NCBI GenBank assembly: GCA_964431165.1
Contig: CAYSIM010000001.1
Location: 1 to 26,034, forward strand
Direction of reading: 5' to 3'
Length of the DNA stretch: 26,034 nucleotides
DNA from: an uncultured Thermoplasmatales archaeon
Lineage (GTDB): Archaea > Thermoplasmatota > Thermoplasmata > Thermoplasmatales > ARK-15
Positions 16,137-26,034 of this stretch are shown one piece after another. Position 1 is the stretch's first letter. Every line of letters starts with the position of its first letter. A program made the position numbers and the translations under genes. The notes beneath the pieces were generated by a model that saw only the letters and a program-made list of their open reading frames with translations, did no database searches and was not told the origin of the DNA.

Positions 16137-17156
16137 ATGGGAGTTGATATATCCGACATAATTGAGTCGGTAGAATTGGAATTGGGTGATCTAAAGGGTA
16201 AAATAGTGGCCATAGATGCATTCAACACACTTTATCAATTCCTGAGTATAATTAGGCAGCCGGACGGAACACCCCTTATGGATAGGAATGGAAAAATTAC
16301 CTCCCATCTATCTGGTTTGTTCTACAGGAGTGTCAACATAATGGAAATGGGCATAAAACCAGTTTATGTTTTTGATGGAAAACCACCTGAATTGAAGGGT
16401 AAAACAATACTTGAAAGAATGCAAAGAAGGGAAAAAGCGGAAAAGGAATGGCAGGAAGCACTGGAATCTGGTAACATAGAGGAGGCAAGGATTTGGTCGC
16501 AGCAGTCCAGCAAGCTTACACAGGAAATGGTGGATCAATCAAAAAGATTGCTTGAACTTATGGGTGTTCCATGGGTACAGGCACCAAGTGAGGGCGAAGC
16601 TCAGGCAGCACATATGGCAAGGAAGGGGAATGCTTATGCCTCAGCTTCCCAAGACTTCGATTCACTTCTTTTTGGCACACCGAGACTTGTGAGAAATCTT
16701 ACCATAACGGGAAAGAGAAAATTACCCAGGAAAAATGTTTACAAGGAGATAAAACCCGAGATTATAGAGCTTGATAAAGTTCTTTCTTCACTTTCCATCA
16801 CAAGGGAACAGCTTGTGGATATTGGTATCCTAGTTGGTACCGATTTTAATGAAGGTGTGAAAAATGTTGGTCCTAAAAAGGCCCTTAAGCTAATAAAGAC
16901 TTACGGTAACCTTGAAAAGGTAATTGAAAACACGGAGATAAAAATTGAAAATTATATTGAGGTAAGGGAAATATTTCTGAATCCACCTGTAACCGATGAT
17001 TATAGATTTGAATGGAAAGATCCTGATGTGGAAGGAATATTGAAATTCATGTGCGATGAGCATGATTTCTCCAGGGAAAGGGTAATGGGAGCCATTGAAA
17101 AATTAAAAGAATTTAAAAAGGTGAAATCTCAGAAAAATCTTGAAGAATGGTTCTGA
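16137..17156 (+). CDS. fen: Flap endonuclease 1
   Basis: MGV start, AIDAFNTLYQFL, IRQPDGTPL, VFDGKPP, APSEGEAQAA, SQDFDSLLFG, GTDFN, C-terminal PIP box QKNLEEWF. Confidence 0.97.
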   Translation: MGVDISDIIESVELELGDLKGKIVAIDAFNTLYQFLSIIRQPDGTPLMDRNGKITSHLSGLFYRSVNIMEMGIKPVYVFDGKPPELKGKTILERMQRREKAEKEWQEALESGNIEEARIWSQQSSKLTQEMVDQSKRLLELMGVPWVQAPSEGEAQAAHMARKGNAYASASQDFDSLLFGTPRLVRNLTITGKRKLPRKNVYKEIKPEIIELDKVLSSLSITREQLVDIGILVGTDFNEGVKNVGPKKALKLIKTYGNLEKVIENTEIKIENYIEVREIFLNPPVTDDYRFEWKDPDVEGILKFMCDEHDFSRERVMGAIEKLKEFKKVKSQKNLEEWF

Positions 17157-17224
17157 ATCAAAATATTGTGCATACAAAGATCTCTTCCTATTTACCATAA
17201 TATTTTCTTTGAAATTTATTAAGA

Positions 17225-17242
17225 AATGAAAAATTTTTCATT
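17225..17242. repeat. Perfect 18-bp palindrome in the fen-tyrS intergenic region
   Basis: AATGAAAAATTTTTCATT is its own reverse complement. Confidence 0.6.
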
Positions 17243-17357
17243 AATTCCCCTTTTAATTAATTTGATTTTTTATTTTTTCATTACAAAGGCTCTTTATACA
17301 GATAATTTAAAAAAAGGTATAAAAATTTAAATAAACATAGCAGATTATTTTCTTCCA

Positions 17358-18392
17358 ATGAACATTGAAAGGATAAAAAAGAACGTCCAAGAGATAGTAA
17401 CAATTGAGGATCTTGAGAAAATTTCGGGAAGAAGCGGACTGAAGGGTTACATAGGGTTTGAGCCATCAGGTCTTGTACACCTTGGAACGGGGCTCATATG
17501 TGGTAACAAGATTAAGGATCTTGCAGAAGAGAATGTTTCTATGAGGGTGCTGCTAGCTGACTGGCACGCATTTATAAATGATAAATTCTCAGGTGATATG
17601 GAGAAAATAAGGCTGGCGGCAGAAATAATGAAGGAATCATTCCTTGCCCTTGGAGTACCCAATAGTGTGCAGTTCGTCTATGCCGAGGAACTTGTGGATG
17701 GCAAGGAATACTGGTCCATACTCCTGAAGGTGGCAAAGAATACAACACTGAACAGGGTGAGGCGTGCACTGGACATAATGGGAAGGAAGAGCTCTGATCT
17801 TGATATGGACACATCAAAGATGATCTATCCTTTCATGCAGGTAACTGACATATTTTTCATGGATCTAGACATAGCACTAGGTGGAATGGATCAGAGGCAT
17901 GCGCACATGCTCGCAAGGGAGCTGGCACCAAAATTGGGTTTCAAGGTCCCAGTTGCTATACACACACCTTTACTTACAAGCCTGAAGGGAGGTGACAGGA
18001 TGGATTTTACATCTAAAATGAGCAAGAGCAAGGCTGAGAGTGCAATATTTGTTACGGATACGCCAGAGCAAATAAGATCAAAAATAAGGGGTGCCTACTG
18101 CCCTGAAGGTGAGGTAGATAATAATCCAGTTCTTGATATTTACAGATACATAATATTCCCTTACTATAGGGAAGAAATAAAAATAGAAAGGAAGTATGGT
18201 GGTGATATAATAGTTAAGGGCTATGCTGATCTGGAATCACTATATTCAAGGAAAGAAATACATCCCCTCGATCTGAAGGAGAATATTTCACAGCTTCTCA
18301 TTGAAATTTTAAAACCTGTAAGGGAAAAGCTTGAAAGCAAAACAGAAATGAAGGAGATGATAGAAAAGATTTCATCACAAAATAAAAATTAG
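17358..18392 (+). CDS. tyrS: Tyrosine--tRNA ligase (archaeal type)
   Basis: YIGFEPSGLVHLG (HIGH-like), LADWHA, YPFMQVTDI, GGMDQRHAH, KMSKS. Confidence 0.96.
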   Translation: MNIERIKKNVQEIVTIEDLEKISGRSGLKGYIGFEPSGLVHLGTGLICGNKIKDLAEENVSMRVLLADWHAFINDKFSGDMEKIRLAAEIMKESFLALGVPNSVQFVYAEELVDGKEYWSILLKVAKNTTLNRVRRALDIMGRKSSDLDMDTSKMIYPFMQVTDIFFMDLDIALGGMDQRHAHMLARELAPKLGFKVPVAIHTPLLTSLKGGDRMDFTSKMSKSKAESAIFVTDTPEQIRSKIRGAYCPEGEVDNNPVLDIYRYIIFPYYREEIKIERKYGGDIIVKGYADLESLYSRKEIHPLDLKENISQLLIEILKPVREKLESKTEMKEMIEKISSQNKN

Positions 18393-18449
18393 CTGAAAAA
18401 TTTAATTTTTCGAAAAAATTTTTTAATACTCTGCTCTTTTTCCATTTCT

Positions 18450-19853
18450 ATGGAATTTTCGAAGAAAGACTTCAACGAATGGTACAATGAGGTAATAGAG
18501 AATGCAGGTCTTGTGGACAAGAGGTATCCGGTAAAGGGAATGAATGTTTGGCTACCATACGGATGGTCCATCGCTAGGAAAATAGACGAAATATTGAGAA
18601 ATCTTATGTTCTCCACGAACCATGAAGAGGTATATTTTCCTCTATTAATTCCAAAGGATCAATTTGCAAAGGAGGAGGAGCACATCAGGGGATTTGCGGG
18701 TGAGGTGTTTTGGGTGGAGAGGGGGGGTGATACACCCCTTGATATACCTCTGGCCCTAAGGCCAACCAGCGAAACAGCCATGTACCCTCTATTCTCACTC
18801 TGGATAAGAACTCATGGTGATCTCCCACTTAAGGTGTTCCAGATAGTGAATGTCTTCAGGTACGAGACAAAACAGACGAGGGTATTTCTCAGGGTAAGGG
18901 AAATACATTTCTTCGAAGCTCATACATGCCACAGGAGCTATGAGGAGGCAGAGATGCAAATAATGGAGGACAGGGAAATATGGAAAAAATTCTGTGATTT
19001 ATTGGCTCTTCCATACATACTCAACAAAAGACCTGACTGGGATAAATTTGCAGGTGCAGATTATACAATAGCTGCCGATACCATTATGCCTTCAGGCAGG
19101 CCTTTGCAGATAGGAACCATGCACAACTACAGGCAGAATTTCTCAAAGGCCTATGGAATAATGTTCCTGGATGAGAATGGAAAGAGGGATTATGTTCACC
19201 AGACAACATTCGGAATAAGTGAAAGGGTAATAGGTGCCATTGTTGGTATTCATGGTGATGACAGGGGATTGATTTTGCCACCTGCCATCGCGCCCTACCA
19301 GGTGGTGATTGTTCCCATAGTTGGTGAGGAAAAGGAGAATGTTATAAATGAAAGTAGAAAATTCTACGAAGAAATAAAAGAGAAATTCAGGGTAAAGATT
19401 GATGACAGGGATAATTACACACCCGGTTACAAATTCTATGAATGGGAAATGAAGGGTGTGCCTCTCAGGGCTGAGCTAGGTCCAAGGGATATAAAGAATG
19501 GTGTGGTAACACTTGCAAGGAGGGACACATTTGAAAGGATAACAGTGAAAAGGGAAGAAGCTGTTAAAAGTATAGAAAGTATTTTAAATGAAATACATGA
19601 AAATCTTAAATCCAGGGCATGGAAGGAAATGCAGAATTTTATTGAGGAGGCAAAAACTCTGGATGATATTGTAAAGAGCAACAAAGTGAATATAATAAAC
19701 TGGTGCGGAAGAGAGGAATGTGCAAGGAAGATAGATGAAATAGCCGGAAAGAATGTTCTTGGAATACCTGTTGAAATGGAAGGAAAAGAGGGGAAATGTG
19801 CCGTCTGCGGTAAAGAAACAAAAATTGTATGTTACGTTGGAAAATCCTACTGA
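18450..19853 (+). CDS. proS: Proline--tRNA ligase (archaeal/eukaryotic type)
   Basis: YPVKG, LRPTSET, FRYETK.TR.FLR.REI, QTTFGISERVIG, KFYEWEMKGVPLR, C-terminal zinc-binding Cys residues. Confidence 0.96.
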   Translation: MEFSKKDFNEWYNEVIENAGLVDKRYPVKGMNVWLPYGWSIARKIDEILRNLMFSTNHEEVYFPLLIPKDQFAKEEEHIRGFAGEVFWVERGGDTPLDIPLALRPTSETAMYPLFSLWIRTHGDLPLKVFQIVNVFRYETKQTRVFLRVREIHFFEAHTCHRSYEEAEMQIMEDREIWKKFCDLLALPYILNKRPDWDKFAGADYTIAADTIMPSGRPLQIGTMHNYRQNFSKAYGIMFLDENGKRDYVHQTTFGISERVIGAIVGIHGDDRGLILPPAIAPYQVVIVPIVGEEKENVINESRKFYEEIKEKFRVKIDDRDNYTPGYKFYEWEMKGVPLRAELGPRDIKNGVVTLARRDTFERITVKREEAVKSIESILNEIHENLKSRAWKEMQNFIEEAKTLDDIVKSNKVNIINWCGREECARKIDEIAGKNVLGIPVEMEGKEGKCAVCGKETKIVCYVGKSY

Positions 19854-20038
19854 GACTTTTCATTCAATCTTGCAAGTATTACACCGAGGATGCCGAATAT
19901 AAAAATTGGTGTGACGAATGAAAATAGACCCACATCAAACCATGCGTTGTATTTGAGTGACCATCCAAGATAAAAAATAAGTGCTGTTACTATGAGAATA
20001 TAACCGAAAATTTCCACTAGCAGGTTTTTCCACATCAT
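19847..20038 (-). CDS. Small two-TM membrane protein, unknown function
   Basis: MMWKNLLVEIFGYILIVTALIFYLGWSLKYNAWFDVGLFSFVTPIFIFGILGVILARLNEKSQ. Start taken at ATG 20038. Confidence 0.65.
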   Translation of the reverse strand: MMWKNLLVEIFGYILIVTALIFYLGWSLKYNAWFDVGLFSFVTPIFIFGILGVILARLNEKSQ

Positions 20039-20095
20039 TCGGAAGAAATCGAAACAATATAAAAAGATTTTTACCATTAGCACAATACTCCAATC

Positions 20096-20803
20096 ATGAA
20101 GGTGGGTGTTTGCGGTTTCTGCATGAAAAGATCTGAAATATATAAGGAGCTTGATGCAGTGGAGATACAGAAAACATTCTACGATTTTGTGGATGAATCC
20201 TGGTTAAAACGCCTGAGGGATGAGTCTGGAGATTTTGAATTCACCATAAAAGCAATACAGGTGATTACACATGGAAAAAATTCCACTACCTATAGAAGAT
20301 TCAGGTCCTCATTTGGAAATATGGAAAATTATGGGGGTTTCAGGGAAACGGATGAAATTAAAAACGCCATGGAGAAGATGCTCCTTTATGCTAGAATCTT
20401 GAATTCAAGAATCATAATATTCCAAGCACCCCCATCATTCTCTGAAAATGAAGAGAATTTGAAAAATTTGATGAATTTTTTTGTAAAATATAAAAGTAAT
20501 GAAATTTTATATGGCCTGGAGCTAAGGGGAAAATGGAGCATGGAAACTCTAAAAAATATCTATGAAACTCTTGGCATAATTCACATTGTTGATCCATTCA
20601 AATCAGAAAGTGTGAGTGAAGGAATGAGATACTTCAGGCTTCATGGCATAGGAGGTTATGCCTATTCATACACAGACGAGGATCTTTTCATATTGAAGAA
20701 TAAAGTTAAAGAAAATGATTATATAATGTTCAACAACACCAATATGTGCAAGGATGCAATCAAATTCAGGATGATGATCCATGGAATCAAGAACACCCGC
20801 TAA
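20096..20803 (+). CDS. DUF72 (YecE-like) family protein
   Basis: KVGVCGF, AVEIQKTFY, FEFTIKA.Q.ITH, FQAPPSF, ELRGKW, YFRLHG, YSYTDEDL, MFNN. Confidence 0.88.
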   Translation: MKVGVCGFCMKRSEIYKELDAVEIQKTFYDFVDESWLKRLRDESGDFEFTIKAIQVITHGKNSTTYRRFRSSFGNMENYGGFRETDEIKNAMEKMLLYARILNSRIIIFQAPPSFSENEENLKNLMNFFVKYKSNEILYGLELRGKWSMETLKNIYETLGIIHIVDPFKSESVSEGMRYFRLHGIGGYAYSYTDEDLFILKNKVKENDYIMFNNTNMCKDAIKFRMMIHGIKNTR

Positions 20804-21704
20804 GGTGATACTATTCGGTGAACATGCAGTTGTTTATGGTGAGCCAGCAATAGCTGTGGCAATAAATCTCTATTCCTATGTAAGAGTGGAAAAATCCGAA
20901 TACATGCTTGTGGATGGGCATGCACCCGATAAACGGTACCATTCATATATTATAAAAGCTTACGAATTCTCAGGTATAGATTTCCCTGTCAGCATAAATG
21001 TGAAGAGTTCACTTTCGCAGTCCTCTGGACTGGGCTCTTCAGCATCTGTTACAGTTGGCACAGTTTCCTCTCTGCTTTCATTAAAGGCTTCATGGTCCAA
21101 GGAAGAAATAGCAAGGATAGCTTTTGAAACTGAGTATAGTGTCCAGGGAAAAGCAAGTCCGGTGGATACTTCAACCGTAACATCAGGTGGTGCAGTATTA
21201 ATCTCATCCAAGGAGAAAAAAAATGCTCTATGGAGAATAGAGAAAAACGGTCTATCCTGGTGGGTGGAAAGATTAAAAATAAAGGATCTTGACCTTATCG
21301 TGGCCAATTCTGGAATTAGGGGATCAACAGCACAGATGGTGGCAAAGGTGAACAGCTTTGTCTCAAGGAATACCTTTGGCATGGAAATAATAAGGGAAAT
21401 AGGAAAAATATCCATGGAGGCGCTTGTTCCCCTTGAGAATGGGGATCTTGAGGCAATAGGCAATTTGATGAATAGGAACAATAAATTGCTAAACATACTT
21501 GGTGTAGGTCATGAGATTACAACAAAAATAATGGAGAGCGTATTGCACTATTCATATGGCACAAAGATAACTGGTGCTGGTGGAGGCGGTTCTGTTCTTA
21601 TACTCCCAAAAGAGAAGGAAAAGGTAGTTGAAATACTGGATAGAATGGGCATAAAATTCTTTAACGTAAGAATTGACAAGGATGGTGTTCTACTTATTGA
21701 TTGA
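20781..21704 (+). CDS. mvk: Mevalonate kinase (GHMP family)
   Basis: [38 protein letters not shown]. Confidence 0.88.
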   Translation: MESRTPAKVILFGEHAVVYGEPAIAVAINLYSYVRVEKSEYMLVDGHAPDKRYHSYIIKAYEFSGIDFPVSINVKSSLSQSSGLGSSASVTVGTVSSLLSLKASWSKEEIARIAFETEYSVQGKASPVDTSTVTSGGAVLISSKEKKNALWRIEKNGLSWWVERLKIKDLDLIVANSGIRGSTAQMVAKVNSFVSRNTFGMEIIREIGKISMEALVPLENGDLEAIGNLMNRNNKLLNILGVGHEITTKIMESVLHYSYGTKITGAGGGGSVLILPKEKEKVVEILDRMGIKFFNVRIDKDGVLLID

Positions 21705-24086
21705 TGGTATCCTTGTTACGGCCACCACCCTATCATTTTCCTTCAGGTCTATTAACTTTACCCCTGCAGCATTCCTGCTGAGTTCAGGTATTTCGGATAT
21801 TGAAAACTGTATGGTCATGCCGTTCATTGTCTGGAGCATTATGGAATCATCATTTTCTATCTTTATGGCACCTGCAAGGTTACCCGTTTTTTCATTCAAT
21901 CTCTGCCCTTTTATACCCACCGTTCCCCTATGGGTTTTCCTGAACATACTTACAGGCGTTACCTTACCCCTCCCAAATTCCGTTACTGTTAATATCATAT
22001 CCCTATCCTTCACGGATGATATTGATAAAACCTGATCTCCTTGCCTCAATTTTATACCCCTTACACCATGGCTTACCCTTCCCATATCCCTCAGCTCTTT
22101 TGCCGAGAACCTCACAGCCTGTCCTTTAACTGTGAATATAAAAATATCATCTTCCTCACCTACCAGGGCCACATCTTTTATGGAATCATCCTTAAGTGAT
22201 ATGGCTATTATTCCCCTCTGTCTTATGTTCATGAAATGTTCCAGCCCTGTTTTCTTAATAATTCCACTGCTTGTTAGGAATACTATGCTTCCTGCCGGTT
22301 TATCATTCACGGGCAATATTCTCTCCACCCTTTCATCTTCATAAAGATCGATATAATTCCTTATGTTCTTTCCCGTGGCTTTTCTTGATGTTTGCAATAT
22401 CCTGTAGCATTTGAGTGCATATACCCTCCCCTTGTTTGTAAAGAATAGCAGGGTATCCCTGCTGTTGGCTATCAATACCTGCTTCGGAAAATCGCCCTCA
22501 GAATATTCTGTGATCACACCTGTGCCGCCCCTACCCTGGGACCTGTACTCTTCGAGGGAGATCCTCTTTATATATCCATCCCTTGTGAATGTGACTATGA
22601 AATTCTCAGGCGGGATAAGATCCTCGATTTCACGCCTTCCAATCTCTTCCTTTGCTATCTCGGTTCTCCTTTCATCCCCGTATCTCTTCTTAAGGTCAAG
22701 CATCTCCTTTTTCATCATTTCATAGATTTTTTCCTCATGCGCCAGAAGATCCTTCAATCTTTCTATTTCTTTTCTTACATCCATCTCCTCTTTCAGGATA
22801 GATTCCCTTTCAAGTGCAGTAAGCCTTTGCAGCCTTAGATCAAGAACGGCCTTTGCCTGAATTTCGCTCATAAGAAAATTCTTCATTAATGCCTCCTTTG
22901 CCTCCTGGTAATCCTTGGATGCCCTTATTGTCCTTATCACCTCATCTATATGATCAAGGGCTATTATGTAACCCTGGAGTATGTGTGCCCTCTCCTCATT
23001 TTTCTTTAGATCAAATGTGATCCTGGCGGTGATCACCCTGAACCTGTGCTTAACAAATTCGGATATAAGTTCCTTGAGATTGAATATCCTTGGAACATTA
23101 TCTATAAGTGCCAGATTTATTATTCCGTAGGAAACCTCCAGCTGTGTGTGCTCGAAAAGCTGATTCAAAACAATATCCATATTTGCATCCTTTTTTAATT
23201 TTATAACTATTCTTATGCCCTCTTTATTGCTCTCATCCTTTATTGCCTGGACACCACTAATTTTTTCCTCCTTTACCAGTTGTCCTATGTTTTTCAACAA
23301 TTCTGATTTATTCACCTCATAGGGTATTTCTGTAAAAATTATGTCCCTATCTTGAATTTCATATTTTCCCCTTATTTTTACAGTGCCCCTACCAGTTTTA
23401 TACGCCTCTATCAAACCTGAATAATTGAATACAATACCACCGGTTGGAAAATCTGGTCCTTTTATTATGGTAATAAGTTCATCCACAGTGCAATCCCTGT
23501 GATCAATATAATGAATGATTGCATCCACAACATCTGCTATGTTATGTGGCGGCATATTGGTTGCCATGCCCACGGCTATGCCAGATGATCCATTGATCAG
23601 CAGATTCGGTGCCTTTGAGGGAAGATAGATAGGTTCGTTAAGAGTTCCATCAAAATTCTGCATCATTGGCACGGTTTCCTTTTCTATATCCTCAAGCATT
23701 TCCTCCGCAAGCCTGTCCAGCCTTGCCTCTGTGTACCTCATGGCAGCGGGTGAATCACCATCAATACTGCCAAAATTCCCCTGGCCCTGAACAAGAGTAT
23801 ATCTGAGTGAAAATGGCTGTGCCATTCTCACAAGAGCATCGTATATGGCAGCCTCCCCGTGTGGATGGTATTTACCCATCACTTCACCAACTATCCTGGC
23901 GCATTTTCTGAATGGTTTTTCATGGGTAAGGCCCATCTCATACATTGAATAAAGGATCCTCCTCTGAACGGGTTTCAGACCATCCCTTACATCCGGCAGA
24001 GATCTACCTACAATAACACTCATGGCATAATCCATGTAAGAATACTTCATTTCCTCCTCTATGTTCTTTACCTGTACGTTTGGCAT
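21690..24086 (-). CDS. gyrA: DNA gyrase subunit A
   Basis: [26 protein letters not shown] (catalytic Tyr), GyrA-box-like QGRGGTG, six-blade CTD repeats. Confidence 0.97.
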   Translation of the reverse strand: MPNVQVKNIEEEMKYSYMDYAMSVIVGRSLPDVRDGLKPVQRRILYSMYEMGLTHEKPFRKCARIVGEVMGKYHPHGEAAIYDALVRMAQPFSLRYTLVQGQGNFGSIDGDSPAAMRYTEARLDRLAEEMLEDIEKETVPMMQNFDGTLNEPIYLPSKAPNLLINGSSGIAVGMATNMPPHNIADVVDAIIHYIDHRDCTVDELITIIKGPDFPTGGIVFNYSGLIEAYKTGRGTVKIRGKYEIQDRDIIFTEIPYEVNKSELLKNIGQLVKEEKISGVQAIKDESNKEGIRIVIKLKKDANMDIVLNQLFEHTQLEVSYGIINLALIDNVPRIFNLKELISEFVKHRFRVITARITFDLKKNEERAHILQGYIIALDHIDEVIRTIRASKDYQEAKEALMKNFLMSEIQAKAVLDLRLQRLTALERESILKEEMDVRKEIERLKDLLAHEEKIYEMMKKEMLDLKKRYGDERRTEIAKEEIGRREIEDLIPPENFIVTFTRDGYIKRISLEEYRSQGRGGTGVITEYSEGDFPKQVLIANSRDTLLFFTNKGRVYALKCYRILQTSRKATGKNIRNYIDLYEDERVERILPVNDKPAGSIVFLTSSGIIKKTGLEHFMNIRQRGIIAISLKDDSIKDVALVGEEDDIFIFTVKGQAVRFSAKELRDMGRVSHGVRGIKLRQGDQVLSISSVKDRDMILTVTEFGRGKVTPVSMFRKTHRGTVGIKGQRLNEKTGNLAGAIKIENDDSIMLQTMNGMTIQFSISEIPELSRNAAGVKLIDLKENDRVVAVTRIPSINK

Positions 24087-24096
24087 TCATTCCACC

Positions 24097-26034
<1,938 letters not shown>

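Noticed and set aside
10719-18392. Functional clustering of tRNA-Tyr and tyrS
   Set aside because: They are 6.5 kb apart with unrelated genes between, and no shared motif was seen. Probably coincidence.
18395-18420. A/T palindromes between tyrS and proS (TTTTTCGAAAAA 18406-18417)
   Set aside because: Low-complexity homopolymer arms are expected by chance in this composition.
568-20083. Longest-ORF starts at 568 (gatD), 1763 (gatE), 6885, 11374 (regulator) and 20083
   Set aside because: The extensions overlap neighbouring genes or promoters or lack family-like sequence. Downstream starts fit SD, overlap or homology patterns better.

Overview
AT-rich archaeal chromosomal segment. Gene content (GatDE, PINA, DUF2240, archaeal TyrRS/ProRS, FEN1, an S53 peptidase, gyrB-gyrA, an intron-containing tRNA-Tyr) points to Thermoplasmatota; this placement is inference. 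Housekeeping blocks at both ends (tmk to signal peptidase I; fen to gyrB) flank an accessory middle region (~7.7-16.1 kb) with two main points of interest. (1) A ~470-bp IS200/IS605-family remnant carries an unannotated ribbon-helix-helix-like ORF and a tnpB reduced to its fused N- and C-termini. Its omega/reRNA scaffold can still form every helix checked by hand, including the 3' pseudoknot, and its guide would be read from the S53 peptidase upstream region. (2) A three-gene operon (SPASM radical SAM, B12-dependent radical SAM, HTH regulator) resembles the GMGT tetraether-lipid cross-linking/methylation pair Gms/Gmm. It is preceded by a perfect 18-bp palindrome, and its last stop codon abuts tRNA-Tyr. 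Signal peptidase I and a COG1373-type ATPase each appear broken by missing single bases, which could be real lesions or assembly errors. All family calls come from motif recognition by eye; no database searches were run.
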